A DNA stretch of 64,000 nucleotides, taken from Candidatus Saccharimonadia bacterium. GTDB taxonomy: Bacteria; Patescibacteriota; Saccharimonadia; UBA4664; JBIOIQ01. Below the pieces are notes generated by a model that ran no database searches, was not told the DNA's origin, and saw only the letters and a list, made by a program, of their open reading frames with translations. Numbering within the stretch: position 1 is the first letter of the stretch; each line of letters begins with the position of its first letter. Positions 20,716-30,633 of this stretch are shown here, in pieces. The stretch covers positions 280 through 64,279 of the forward strand of contig JBIOIQ010000001.1 in assembly GCA_044449985.1 (NCBI GenBank), given 5' to 3'. Made by a program: the position numbers and the translations under genes.

Positions 20716-20883
20716 GAAATGCTGGCAGAAGGATATGTTGAGAGCTTTGTAATATAGCCGCTACCCCCATCCCACTTACTATTCTTTGGAAGGCCGTATA
20801 TGAGACTGTTGCTGCTAAATTACGTAGAGACAATCCGGTTATTATTAACTTGAATCAGAAATATTACCTTACATATACCAATA

Positions 20884-21702
20884 TCAGTTTGAATAGTAGT
20901 TACTTGTAATGCCCAATGACAATATATAAGGATAGCTTTTTGACGTAGCTCCCTTAAGTATGGTTTGTGCACTTACTAGTAAGTTTCGATTGTAAATATC
21001 GCCTCCATTATCAGGTACTTCAGGTACCTCAAGGATAGATAATTCAGTCGAGTTGGGTAGCGATTTGCCGTCTTGATAATTAATATTAATTGTAGTTCCT
21101 GATTTGTTATTAAATGGCCCCATTCCACCAAAGAAAGGCTGAGGATTGGAGAAATCTGGCCCAATAAAACTATTCTCATCTCCAACAGACTGCGAGTAAT
21201 ATGAGTTAGTAATTGACCAGTTATTATTTTGAAGAGCTGTTTCCAAAATTATCATTGTTTGGCCAAAATCATTTAAACCATAAAACTTTGTAACCAGTAT
21301 TGTGCATTCATAAGTGTAAGAATTGGGAGTTAATGAAAACTCGCCTTTGATATCCTTATAACAAATGTCTGATGAACCCGATGCGTAGGTAGTTAAACCA
21401 GTATCATAATTTATGGTGCTAAATTCATTATTGATAGTATCAAATGCGTTTTTACGGTTCGTACTTACTTTTGGACTGATGGGATTTGGTTGAGGCGGGT
21501 AGTTTTTATACACAAATCTTACTAAGGACATGGCAAGAAATGAGACTAGACAAACCCCAAAAAGTAGCCCTGAAATTACCAGCGGTTTCTTTATGGCTGA
21601 TTTATTTTTGACTGGCTCAACGTACTGGGAGGGCAGTTCTAGTTTTTCATCTTCCACGTACTCAACATTAGCACAAAAAGACCCTCTCGGGTCTTTAAGC
21701 AT
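20884..21702 (-). CDS. Secreted/membrane-anchored Asn/Ser/Tyr-rich hypothetical protein
   Basis: It has a signal-anchor helix followed by an N/S/Y-rich domain. The ORF-track start at 21771 overlaps tRNA-Lys, so the start was trimmed to the first Met beyond the tRNA; a GTG start near 21650 is also possible. Confidence 0.5.
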   Translation of the reverse strand: MLKDPRGSFCANVEYVEDEKLELPSQYVEPVKNKSAIKKPLVISGLLFGVCLVSFLAMSLVRFVYKNYPPQPNPISPKVSTNRKNAFDTINNEFSTINYDTGLTTYASGSSDICYKDIKGEFSLTPNSYTYECTILVTKFYGLNDFGQTMIILETALQNNNWSITNSYYSQSVGDENSFIGPDFSNPQPFFGGMGPFNNKSGTTININYQDGKSLPNSTELSILEVPEVPDNGGDIYNRNLLVSAQTILKGATSKSYPYILSLGITSNYYSN

Positions 21703-21710
21703 AAGATTTA

Positions 21711-21786
21711 TGGAGGGCCATCCGGGACTCGAACCCGGAACCAATTGCTTAAGAGGCAACTGCTCTGCCAATTGAGCTAATGGCCC
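21711..21786 (-). tRNA. tRNA-Lys (anticodon CTT)
   Basis: Manual cloverleaf: acceptor GGGCCAT/ATGGCCC, anticodon stem GTTGC/GCAAT, loop CTCTTAA, T-arm CCGGG-TTCGAGT-CCCGG, with CCA encoded. Confidence 0.85.
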
Positions 21787-21835
21787 GCATTTTACGAAAT
21801 CAACTACTTTGAAAGTATAATTACAAGAAATTTAT

Positions 21836-21911
21836 TGGTGCGCCCTGGGGGATTTGAACCCTCGGCCTTCTGGTTCGAAGCCAGACACTCTATCCGCTGA
21901 GCTAAGGGCGC
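21836..21911 (-). tRNA. tRNA-Arg (anticodon TCG)
   Basis: Acceptor GCGCCCT/AGGGCGC, anticodon stem TCTGG/CCAGA, loop CTTCGAA, T-loop TTCAAAT and encoded CCA. The T-stem has one mismatch. Confidence 0.75.
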
Positions 21912-21964
21912 GTACGCTATTCATACCCGATGGGACTGGGAAATCATAGCATAATTAGTGCATT

Positions 21965-23023
21965 TTGACTACACTGGTAGAAATGGATTCCCTCATTCAA
22001 CATGACATACTTTTGCAGGATTATTGCACCTTTAGGGTCGGCGGAAGGGCATCCAACTTTGCCCATATTAAATCAAAGGATGATTTAGTTGAAGCGATAG
22101 ATTGGGCCAGGGAACGTAAGCTCCCAATATTTATCCTTGGCGAAGGATCAAATCTCATCTTTAGCGACGGAACTCATAAGTTTCTAATTATCAAGATTGA
22201 AATCCTAGGCTATGAACTTGTGAGTTCAGATGAGGACTACGAGATCATCAAAATCGGCGCCGGCGAACACTGGGACAGTGTAGTTGAACGAGCAGTCAGT
22301 GATGGACTTGCAGGCATTGAAGCAATGAGTCTCATTCCCGGAACAGCCGGTGCCACTCCGATTCAAAACGTGGGCGCTTACGGACAGGAGATAAAAGATA
22401 CGTTGGTTGAACTTGAGGCGTATGACTTGGAAATACAGAAATTTATTATTTTAACGAATGACCAGTGCGAGTTTAGTTATCGAAACAGTATGTTTAAGTC
22501 AAAGCATCGCGGACGCTTCATCATCAGCTCGATAACTCTTAAACTTTCTAAGCTCCCACCTGAACCTCCCACTTATGAATCTTTAAAAAATTATTTGCTC
22601 AAACATCATATTAAAACCCCGGATCTTTTTCAAATCAGGCAAGCAGTTATCGCTGTTCGTTCTTCAAGACTGCCTGACCCAGAAGAATTACCCAACGTTG
22701 GATCATTTTTTTCTAATCCGGTAGTGAGCTTAGCTCAGGCTAATAAACTGGCGAAGCTCTACCCGGACATGCCAACTTTTCCGGCAGATTTGGATCAAGT
22801 AAAATTATCGGCGGGTTGGCTGATTGAGAAGTGTGGACTCAAAGGAAAAACAATCGATCACATTAAAATTTATACAAAAAATGCTCTCGTCTTAACTAAC
22901 CCAAACCACGCGGATTTTACCGATCTTAAACTGGCCACCAAAGAGATTATCAAAATCGTCTCAGAAAAATTTGATATATCGCTGGTCGAAGAACCTGAGA
23001 TAATTGGGCCTGATTATTTCTAA
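21965..23023 (+). CDS. murB: UDP-N-acetylenolpyruvoylglucosamine reductase
   Basis: FAD-binding PCMH domain (RVGG, GEGSNL) and the MurB C-terminal domain (RNSMFK, KLSAGWLIEKCGLKG). Confidence 0.85.
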   Translation: MTTLVEMDSLIQHDILLQDYCTFRVGGRASNFAHIKSKDDLVEAIDWARERKLPIFILGEGSNLIFSDGTHKFLIIKIEILGYELVSSDEDYEIIKIGAGEHWDSVVERAVSDGLAGIEAMSLIPGTAGATPIQNVGAYGQEIKDTLVELEAYDLEIQKFIILTNDQCEFSYRNSMFKSKHRGRFIISSITLKLSKLPPEPPTYESLKNYLLKHHIKTPDLFQIRQAVIAVRSSRLPDPEELPNVGSFFSNPVVSLAQANKLAKLYPDMPTFPADLDQVKLSAGWLIEKCGLKGKTIDHIKIYTKNALVLTNPNHADFTDLKLATKEIIKIVSEKFDISLVEEPEIIGPDYF

Positions 23024-23057
23024 AACTCAATTAACATCTAGCAGGGGGGTGCAACCC

Positions 23058-23393
23058 TTACGGCTTACTATTTTTCTTAGCTTTTCGCAAAAGTTCATCT
23101 CGAATTGGATAAAGACTTTGGTTCAGCGAGGCCTGCAGGGCGTGCATCGTCTTAATAGTAAGCTGACTGAAATGGATTCGATCTTCGGTTGATTTAATCT
23201 GTGCATTGATGCTCTCTAGTGTCCACTCGGTAACTTCTGGGCTTTTTACATCTGAGGCTTCGATTGGTTTACCAGTCGTAATTTCGATAACTTCAGCCAG
23301 AGGTGGCTCCTGCTTGTGCCCTAGCTCTTGATAGGCCTGACTTTGCGAAAAACTCGGCTCTTCAGAGGACAAGCTGGCTTGCTCCTCACTCAT
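23058..23393 (-). CDS. Hypothetical acidic protein, co-transcribed with glyA
   Basis: 111-aa ORF immediately downstream of glyA with no intergenic gap. Confidence 0.35.
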   Translation of the reverse strand: MSEEQASLSSEEPSFSQSQAYQELGHKQEPPLAEVIEITTGKPIEASDVKSPEVTEWTLESINAQIKSTEDRIHFSQLTIKTMHALQASLNQSLYPIRDELLRKAKKNSKP

Positions 23394-24707
23394 TTAGCTT
23401 CCTCCGACCGACTTGTCACTGGGCAATGGAAATTTTAGACAAAAATCTTTGACTTCTTCACCGATTTTAACCAGCGCGTTTTCATCTTTTTGATTTAGGA
23501 GTGCAGAATGCATCCACTCGGCGATTTGCGGCATATGTTGCTCTTTCATGCCCCTGGTAGTCAGCGCAGGGGTACCTAATCGTATACCACTGGGATCAAA
23601 AGGTTTCCTTGTGTCATCGGGAATGACATTCTTATTGAGCGTTAAATGAATTTTATCAAGAGCCCGTTCGGCTTCTCCTCCACTGATTTCAAAAGACTGC
23701 CAGACATCAGCGAGTATCAAGTGATTATCGGTACCATTAGTCACCAGCTTAAAGCCAAGTTTCATCAAACACTCGGCGAGAGTTTTGGCATTGGAAAGTG
23801 TTTGTTTGGCGTAAGATTTAAACTCTGGGGTAGCGGCTTCTTTGAAAGCAACTCCTTTAGCAAGCACTTGGGCCATGTGAGGACCTCCTTGAATCCCTGG
23901 GAAAAGAGCTCGGTCAACCAGGGTAGGCAAATTCTCAATGGTTTTTTCTGGTGGTACGAGGGGATTACCGACTTTTCCTTTAGTGAGAATTAGTCCCCCT
24001 CTGGGTCCACGCAGAGTTTTGTGAGTGGTTGAGCTAACCACGTCGAATCCAAAATCAAAAGGGTTGGCGAGCTCACCGGCTGCAATTAAGCCGGCGATAT
24101 GGGCCATATCCATCATGGCAATCGCATTTACCTCTTTTGCGATAGCGGCGAACTTCGCGTAATCGAGTTCTCGCGGATAGCTAGAAAATCCGGCTAAGAT
24201 AATTTTCGGTTTATGAGTCAGCGCCAAATCCCGCAGTTCATCGAAATCAATTTCACCGGTCTCAACGTCTTTGATGCCGTAGCGAATAAAGTTAAAGACC
24301 TTGGCTGGTAACGTCCTGGGGTCTCCGTGAGTCAAATGTCCACCATGATTAAGTTTCATCCCCAAAACCGTATCTCCCGGTTCGAGCCAAGCATTATAAA
24401 CTGCTAAATTGGCGGGGGCACCACTTAATGGTTGAACGTTGGCATGATCGGCGCCAAATAATGCTTTCGCACGGTCAATGGCAATTTGCTCGATTTGGTC
24501 GGTATTAACTTGCCCGCCGTAGTAACGTTTACCGGGATAGCCTTCGGAATACTTATTAGTAAATACTGTCCCAAGTGCTTGCAGGACAGCTCGAGAAACA
24601 TAATTTTCGCTAGGGATCAACTCTAGGCCTTCGCGTTGCCTCGTTTCCTCAGCCAGTGTCAGGGTAGCGAGCTGGGGATCTATCTGTTGTAATGCATCTA
24701 ATTCCAA
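23394..24707 (-). CDS. glyA: Serine hydroxymethyltransferase
   Basis: PLP-lysine region SSTTHKTLRGPRGG, with GHLTHG and YSEGYPGKRYYGG. Confidence 0.9.
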   Translation of the reverse strand: MELDALQQIDPQLATLTLAEETRQREGLELIPSENYVSRAVLQALGTVFTNKYSEGYPGKRYYGGQVNTDQIEQIAIDRAKALFGADHANVQPLSGAPANLAVYNAWLEPGDTVLGMKLNHGGHLTHGDPRTLPAKVFNFIRYGIKDVETGEIDFDELRDLALTHKPKIILAGFSSYPRELDYAKFAAIAKEVNAIAMMDMAHIAGLIAAGELANPFDFGFDVVSSTTHKTLRGPRGGLILTKGKVGNPLVPPEKTIENLPTLVDRALFPGIQGGPHMAQVLAKGVAFKEAATPEFKSYAKQTLSNAKTLAECLMKLGFKLVTNGTDNHLILADVWQSFEISGGEAERALDKIHLTLNKNVIPDDTRKPFDPSGIRLGTPALTTRGMKEQHMPQIAEWMHSALLNQKDENALVKIGEEVKDFCLKFPLPSDKSVGGS

Positions 24708-24858
24708 ATCAAATTCTCCAATTTAAGTCAACGATTCTACTTGGAAATTCGATTACAACACGAGCATAATCCGTTATAACTAGATTCTACCCGTTTTATA
24801 ATCCTTACACCAGACTTCTCGGGCTCGACAGACATTTAGAAACGTCTACAATTGTCTG

Positions 24859-25320
24859 GTGGCACACATACATGAACTAATTGATTTAACGGTCAGTTGC
24901 TATGTCGTCTATGACGATAAGGTACTGCTGGCCCATCATAAGAAATATAATAAATGGCTCCAGATCGGTGGACATGTTGAACTCAATCAAAACACGGATG
25001 AAGCGCTCGAAAATGAAATCCGTGAGGAAGCGGGTTTGGAAGTAGAAATTCTGGGGTCAAATCCAAACATCAGCACAGAAACTTTTAAAAGCTTACGAAG
25101 ACCTGAGTCGGTAAATATTCACTATGTCAGTCCGACGCACCAACATTTGGATCTGGTTTATTACGGTCGCGCTAAAACTGCAATTTTTCAGGTTTCGGAC
25201 GAGCATTATGAGCTTCGTTGGTTTAGTTTAAGAGATTTAGATAATCCCGAATTTAATATTCAACCTCAGATAAAATATTATGCCGAGGCAGCGATAGCAA
25301 CTGCAAACTCTGCACTTTAA
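24859..25320 (+). CDS. NUDIX hydrolase
   Basis: Nudix box GGHVELNQNTDEALENEIREEAGLEV. Confidence 0.8.
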   Translation: MAHIHELIDLTVSCYVVYDDKVLLAHHKKYNKWLQIGGHVELNQNTDEALENEIREEAGLEVEILGSNPNISTETFKSLRRPESVNIHYVSPTHQHLDLVYYGRAKTAIFQVSDEHYELRWFSLRDLDNPEFNIQPQIKYYAEAAIATANSAL

Positions 25321-25384
25321 ACAGGGTGCGAAATATTTAGCGCGCTCATGATACTATGAAAGCATAAGCTTTTAGCCTACATCC

Positions 25385-26845
25385 ATGCTCCTGAAAAAAT
25401 CACGACACATCTCAAAGTCTCCAAAGCTTTTGGTAACTTCAAAAAAGGTCCGTCCAATTGCCCTCGCGACATTAGTTGGAGGACTTGTTATTCTTGGCAT
25501 ATTCTTCATTTTCTTTTCTCACGCCGCATCGTGCACTTTAATGGGAGATGCGAATTGCGATGGTGTTGTTAATATCATCGACTTGAGTATTCTTGCTTCC
25601 AACTGGGGCAATACCACTGCTACTTGGAATATGGGTGATTTTAATGGTGACGGCATAGTAAATATTCTTGATTTATCAATTCTCGCTGCAAATTGGAATC
25701 AAACTAGTACATCAACATACGCGGTTCCAAGTAATATCCCAGCCGATTGTTCGGTTGAAGTTTCAGCTCAGTTAAACGCATGGATTGCAAGCGTGCCGGA
25801 TGGAACGGCCAATGCTCAGACTATGATTGAATTCCCAGCAAATGCTTGTTACTGGGTAGATAATGCCGTAGCCCTTGGTCAAATAGTTGTCAATCAATCC
25901 AACGCCCCTCAGAATGGACGGCACTATCTTTACATTGAGGGAAACAATGCCACACTCAAAGCCAAAAACCTGGCACCGGTCAATACCAAACGTGACGAAC
26001 TGGCTATCATATCCGGTAGCAACATTACCGTTCACAACCTGAACGCTACAGGCGTCAATACAGTCGCGTCGTATACACCCCAGTATGAACACGATGCCAA
26101 CTTCAGTATCACCGGCTCCCATTACGTAACGCTCGATGATGTCCACGGCTCGGATGCTTACGGCGATTGTGTCGATACCGGACCTGCGGAGTTTGTTTGG
26201 CCCGATTCCGAAATGGTGCAGAATTTCACACTCAAGAATTCTTCTTGCAATACTACCGGCCGTATGGGCATTGACTGCACCGGCTGCAACGGCTTTACGG
26301 TTGATCACAATAGTTTCGACAACATTGGCTACCATGCCTTTGACCTGGAAGTAGAAGACGCTACGTGGCAAGCTCATAACGTCTACTTTACTAATAATAC
26401 GATTGGGTATGTGTATCTCTCAGCAGTTTCGGATGCAGGTCAAAGTTATGACCAGCAAAACATTAATATTACAGGCAATAACGAAACGTCAAAAGCGGTC
26501 ACATGCTACCAGCCTGTATATATAGATTGGGGTGGGACGACCGAGAACCGGCCAGGGCCGTATGTTATAACCGGAAATCACTTCAATACCGCAAGCGATG
26601 TCGTGTGGATCAATCATGCCAATAATGTGACCGTCCAGAACAACACTACAACGTACTGGAACGGTGGGTGTGGCCATTCCGGCGTCGAGGCCAGCAGTTC
26701 AGTTGGAGGTAACGTGTCTAACAACGATTTTACTGGGGAAGATACGTCGTATACTAACTTAGATGGGTTGGCCAGCGGTTATACGGTCTGTGACAATAAA
26801 TTAACCCCTGGCGGTGCTTTTGACCAGCCAGCAGTATGTCATTAA
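25385..26845 (+). CDS. Secreted right-handed beta-helix (pectate-lyase-like, PbH1 repeats) protein with N-terminal tandem dockerin repeats
   Basis: An N-terminal TM/signal anchor is followed by two Ca-binding dockerin segments (DANCDGVVNIIDLSILASNWG and DFNGDGIVNILDLSILAANWN). The rest consists of repeated N..N/T-rich beta-helix rungs. Confidence 0.7.
   Translation: MLLKKSRHISKSPKLLVTSKKVRPIALATLVGGLVILGIFFIFFSHAASCTLMGDANCDGVVNIIDLSILASNWGNTTATWNMGDFNGDGIVNILDLSILAANWNQTSTSTYAVPSNIPADCSVEVSAQLNAWIASVPDGTANAQTMIEFPANACYWVDNAVALGQIVVNQSNAPQNGRHYLYIEGNNATLKAKNLAPVNTKRDELAIISGSNITVHNLNATGVNTVASYTPQYEHDANFSITGSHYVTLDDVHGSDAYGDCVDTGPAEFVWPDSEMVQNFTLKNSSCNTTGRMGIDCTGCNGFTVDHNSFDNIGYHAFDLEVEDATWQAHNVYFTNNTIGYVYLSAVSDAGQSYDQQNINITGNNETSKAVTCYQPVYIDWGGTTENRPGPYVITGNHFNTASDVVWINHANNVTVQNNTTTYWNGGCGHSGVEASSSVGGNVSNNDFTGEDTSYTNLDGLASGYTVCDNKLTPGGAFDQPAVCH
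25546..25706 (+). repeat. Dockerin-module coding repeat (copy 1)
   Basis: About 80% nucleotide identity to the reverse complement of 41690-41850, including identical runs GATTTATCAATTCTCGCTGCAAA and GGTGATTTTAA. Confidence 0.6.
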
Positions 26846-26892
26846 TTGTTGAGAGTAGTTCCTTTGGACGGAATTACAAATATATATCAACA

Positions 26893-26968
26893 TGGTGCGC
26901 CCGAAGGGATTCGAACCCCCGACACCTGGCACCGGAAACCAGTGCTCTATCCACTGAGCTACGAGCGC
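26893..26968 (-). tRNA. tRNA-Arg (anticodon CCG)
   Basis: Acceptor GCGCTCG/CGGGCGC with one G-U pair, D-arm GCTC-AGTGGATA-GAGC, anticodon loop TTCCGGT, T-loop TTCGAAT and encoded CCA. The T-stem has two G-U pairs. Confidence 0.75.
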
Positions 26969-27019
26969 ACAATAAACCAAAAGCCATAGTGCTGGCGATA
27001 GACCTCTGGCAATTATACT

Positions 27020-27859
27020 CTAGAGTCCGGTTGAAGAATTGGTAGTCGAGTAGTTCGGTATTACGTTTTGATTTTTTTGCACCGAACTTACGGCAGTCAA
27101 GGTGATCAAAGCGATATAGCCGATAATTAATAACGTCCCTAATATAGGTAAGATATAATTTACCCAATGAACCGGTGGCTTCGGCAGATTATTGTCTTTT
27201 AAATTCTTGAGTTGCTCGTACCGGATTCCAAGTGCTGAAGCAGCTACCGGAAAAGAAAGCAGCCCATTTGAACCCAAGATACCGGCGGCAAAGACTGATC
27301 CCCAGATCTCAAAAATATGGCCTTTGACCAGCTCATGGCTTCGTTTCATAGCCGCTGTCGCGCTCAAATTTTCATTTACGATTACGAACGAGGTTAAACT
27401 AAACCAGGCTGCGAAAATAAGCCCAGGAATAACCAATAATATTAAACCTAACATGATTGCAAGAAACGTAAGTATTGTGCCGAGTAGAAGGGATGGGGCT
27501 TTTTTGATACCTTCCTTAATAAAATCACCCGTTTTCTTTGATTGTTTATTGATGCTCGCAGTATAGAGATAGGCAAATGATCCGTAAGTTACCGGAAAGA
27601 CAAAGATCATAAACACTAGTCCTAAAATGCCTGCTAGAATGGCTCCGACCGGACCAAGGACGACAAACAAAAGCTCAAGTAACACCAGTACCACTATCGA
27701 TAACACAATCACGAGACCGATTAATATGGCGGGCAAGGGATTGCTACCCAGTACTTCCGCCAGCCCATGCAAAGTTGCTGAAAACGGGTTAGATATATAC
27801 TCGGAAGTCTGTGGAGTTGATGTTGCGTTTTCTGGTTGAGGAATGGAAGAAGTGTCCAT
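27020..27859 (-). CDS. Polytopic membrane protein, hypothetical
   Basis: 279 aa with about 6 TM helices and no catalytic motif. Confidence 0.5.
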   Translation of the reverse strand: MDTSSIPQPENATSTPQTSEYISNPFSATLHGLAEVLGSNPLPAILIGLVIVLSIVVLVLLELLFVVLGPVGAILAGILGLVFMIFVFPVTYGSFAYLYTASINKQSKKTGDFIKEGIKKAPSLLLGTILTFLAIMLGLILLVIPGLIFAAWFSLTSFVIVNENLSATAAMKRSHELVKGHIFEIWGSVFAAGILGSNGLLSFPVAASALGIRYEQLKNLKDNNLPKPPVHWVNYILPILGTLLIIGYIALITLTAVSSVQKNQNVIPNYSTTNSSTGL

Positions 27860-28044
27860 AAGTTTTTCCTTAAAATTAGCTTAAGTATGGCAAAAATAAG
27901 CCGGTAAAGTCAATCACTTTGCAACCCTTTGATCCAAGCCTTCTAACGTAGTGATAGCTTCACGCTAAGTCTCAAATCCTAGCTCAAAACATCATGTAAA
28001 AAAGGCTATACAACAGCCGAACCACCAACTACAATCTACACGAC

Positions 28045-29346
28045 ATGCCAAATTTGATTAAAATTACGGGGGGCAACCCCTTAGTCGGTGAGGTCACATT
28101 GAGTGGTGCTAAGAATGCTGCCACAAAGATGATGATTGCATCTCTCTTAACCAGTGATCCGGTGACGCTTCATAATTGTCCAAGGATCGGCGATGTCGAT
28201 ATTACAGCTGAAATATGCCGAGCAATTGGTACAAAAGTAAGTTTTGACGGTTCAACCGTTCATCTTCATACTCCTAAGATACTTCAAACTACAGTCAAGC
28301 ACTTAAGCCAAGCCAATAGAATCTCCGTTCTAGCAATTCCACCGCTACTGCATCGTGCTGGGAATGCTGCGGTCCCGAAAGTTAGCGGGGATAAAATAGG
28401 TTTGAGACCGGTAAATTATCACTTGGATTCACTTATAAAGATGGGTGCAAAAATTGAAGAAACCAATAAAGGTTATAAAGCAAAAGCAACCAGGCTGCAC
28501 GGTACATCCGTAACGCTGCCCTATCCAAGTGTCGGCTCAACTGAGAACATTATTCTGAGTGCCGTACTGGCCGACGGACGGACCTATATAAAGAATGCCG
28601 CCATTGAGCCTGAAATCATGGATCTCATAAAAATGCTCCAGCAAATGGGAGCTATCATTGAATTTCGGGCCAATCGAACCATAATAATCGACGGGGTCGA
28701 GCGATTGTCAGGAGTCGAATATAGCGTGATGGCCGATCGCAACGAAGCTGCATCCTACGGTGTAATGGCCGTTGCCACAGGGGGGGATATTCTGGTCAAG
28801 GGTGCCCGTCAAGAGGATTTAATGACCTTTCTTAATACCTTGCGGCGGATCGGTGCTGATTATTTTATCGAACCGGATGGCATTCGGTTCCGTCGGACAA
28901 ATGATGCCCTCCTTACCGGTGTTGAGCTTGAAACAGACACTTATCCGGGATTTATGACTGACTGGCAACAACCTATGGTAGTCCTCTTAACCCAAGCAGA
29001 TGGGATCTCCGTCATACACGAAACTGTCTACGAAGAACGCTTTGGGTACGTCGAAACGTTAAAAAACATGGGCGCGAGCGTGACGGTCTTTGCGAAGTGC
29101 TTGGGGGAATTACCTTGTCGATTTAACGGCGAAGGCTATAAACATAGCGCAGTGATAAAAGGTCCGACCCCACTGCACGCGACTACCATCGTAATCCCAG
29201 ACATCCGAGCCGGTATGGCACAAGTCATTGCGGCTCTGATTGCTGATGGAACATCGGAGCTGACCGGTCTCGAACACTTATTAAGAGGCTATGAGAATCT
29301 CCTCGACAAACTACATGCTATTGGCGCCCAGTTTGAAGCCAAATAG
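28045..29346 (+). CDS. murA: UDP-N-acetylglucosamine 1-carboxyvinyltransferase (Asp in place of active-site Cys)
   Basis: N-terminal LSGAKNAATKMMIASLL motif. The active-site loop VSGDKIGLRPVNYH aligns to E. coli GGCAIGARPVDLH, placing Asp where Cys115 normally sits. Confidence 0.9.
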   Translation: MPNLIKITGGNPLVGEVTLSGAKNAATKMMIASLLTSDPVTLHNCPRIGDVDITAEICRAIGTKVSFDGSTVHLHTPKILQTTVKHLSQANRISVLAIPPLLHRAGNAAVPKVSGDKIGLRPVNYHLDSLIKMGAKIEETNKGYKAKATRLHGTSVTLPYPSVGSTENIILSAVLADGRTYIKNAAIEPEIMDLIKMLQQMGAIIEFRANRTIIIDGVERLSGVEYSVMADRNEAASYGVMAVATGGDILVKGARQEDLMTFLNTLRRIGADYFIEPDGIRFRRTNDALLTGVELETDTYPGFMTDWQQPMVVLLTQADGISVIHETVYEERFGYVETLKNMGASVTVFAKCLGELPCRFNGEGYKHSAVIKGPTPLHATTIVIPDIRAGMAQVIAALIADGTSELTGLEHLLRGYENLLDKLHAIGAQFEAK

Positions 29347-29349
29347 ACT

Positions 29350-30633
29350 TTATTCGTAACGAAGTGCATCAATTGGGTTGAGGCGAGCTGCCATGGCGGC
29401 CGGATAAATCCCAAATATCAGTCCAACAGCAGTTGATACGCCAACAGCTAACGCGACTGCCCCCATAGTAATAATTGGATTTATCCCGAGAAGATGCGAG
29501 GCACCAATTCCAATCAATTTACCGAGGCCGATCCCGAGGACACCCCCAGCCAAAGTTAGCATGAGTGCTTCAGCGATAAATTGACCTAAAATATCGGAAG
29601 TTTTGGCGCCAACTGCCTTACGCAGCCCTATTTCTCGAGTTCTTTCAGTGACTGAGACGAGCATAATATTCATAATGCCGATGCCTCCAACCACCAAAGA
29701 TATTGCCGCAATCCCGGCGAGCAGCGAAGTCAATACCCCGGTGATATTACTGACCGTCGAAAGCAGATCCTTTGAAGTCAGAACCGAAAAGTCGGCCAGT
29801 TTGGCATCTTTAATCTTATGATTGGCAAGCAGTGTATTTGTGACATCAGTTTTTACCGTGTCAACATCATTACTATTATCTGCTTCTACGACCATGGCGC
29901 TAAAAGTAGTCGCATTAAATTCGCTCATGGCAGCCGTGTATGGTATGAAAGCATAGACATTGTAATTACTGAAACTATTTTCATCGGTCTGAGCCAGTAC
30001 GCCAATAATTAAGTATTTATCACTATTAATTTGAAGATACTTCCCGACCGCTGATGAGCCTACCACATTGGCGGCAAAATCATGACCTAAGACAACAACT
30101 TTTTTGCTCGCTGTAACTTCAGCCGGTGTAAATAAGCGGCCACTGCCTACGCTGAGGTTTCGAATACCAAATATGGCAGCTGATACGCCACTAATTGTTT
30201 CGCGAGTATCTTGGCCGCTTTCGTTAAAGACAGCCGATCCATTGATTGTGCCCGAGACAGCCGTAATTTTAGGATGAGCCACGTGATTACTTAGTGAAGT
30301 ATAGTCAGCGACACTAAGAGTTGATGCGGCTTGGACAAAACCGCCACCGCCTCTACCACCCCCCAACCCTCCACCTGAGCTGGAACTTGAGCTGTTGGAC
30401 GCGCTAGAACCGCCACCGGCCGAGCTGAGTTCCTGTCCCGGTGTAATCGTTAAATTATTAGGGCCGAGACTCGAGATTTTGCCACTGATACTCTGTTTTA
30501 CGCCGTTGCCAAGCGAAATTAATGCAATAACCGAGCCAATCCCGATAATTATTCCAAGGATTGTTAAAAAACTGCGTCCTTTATTTCGAAATATGGCTTT
30601 ACTGGACTGACGAAGTACCTGAAAAAGTTTCAT
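29350..30633 (-). CDS. ABC transporter permease, FtsX/MacB-like, with Gly/Ser-rich extracytoplasmic insert
   Basis: 427 aa with an N-terminal TM helix, a periplasmic domain containing a G/S low-complexity stretch, and a C-terminal FtsX 3-TM bundle. Confidence 0.8.
   Translation of the reverse strand: MKLFQVLRQSSKAIFRNKGRSFLTILGIIIGIGSVIALISLGNGVKQSISGKISSLGPNNLTITPGQELSSAGGGSSASNSSSSSSGGGLGGGRGGGGFVQAASTLSVADYTSLSNHVAHPKITAVSGTINGSAVFNESGQDTRETISGVSAAIFGIRNLSVGSGRLFTPAEVTASKKVVVLGHDFAANVVGSSAVGKYLQINSDKYLIIGVLAQTDENSFSNYNVYAFIPYTAAMSEFNATTFSAMVVEADNSNDVDTVKTDVTNTLLANHKIKDAKLADFSVLTSKDLLSTVSNITGVLTSLLAGIAAISLVVGGIGIMNIMLVSVTERTREIGLRKAVGAKTSDILGQFIAEALMLTLAGGVLGIGLGKLIGIGASHLLGINPIITMGAVALAVGVSTAVGLIFGIYPAAMAARLNPIDALRYE

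Noticed and set aside
25772-26377. 201-aa minus-strand ORF
   Set aside because: It is antisense within the dockerin/beta-helix protein gene and has no motifs.
26836-27167. ORFs 26836-27045 (+) and 26874-27167 (-)
   Set aside because: Both overlap tRNA-Arg(CCG) at 26893-26968 and have no RBS or family similarity.
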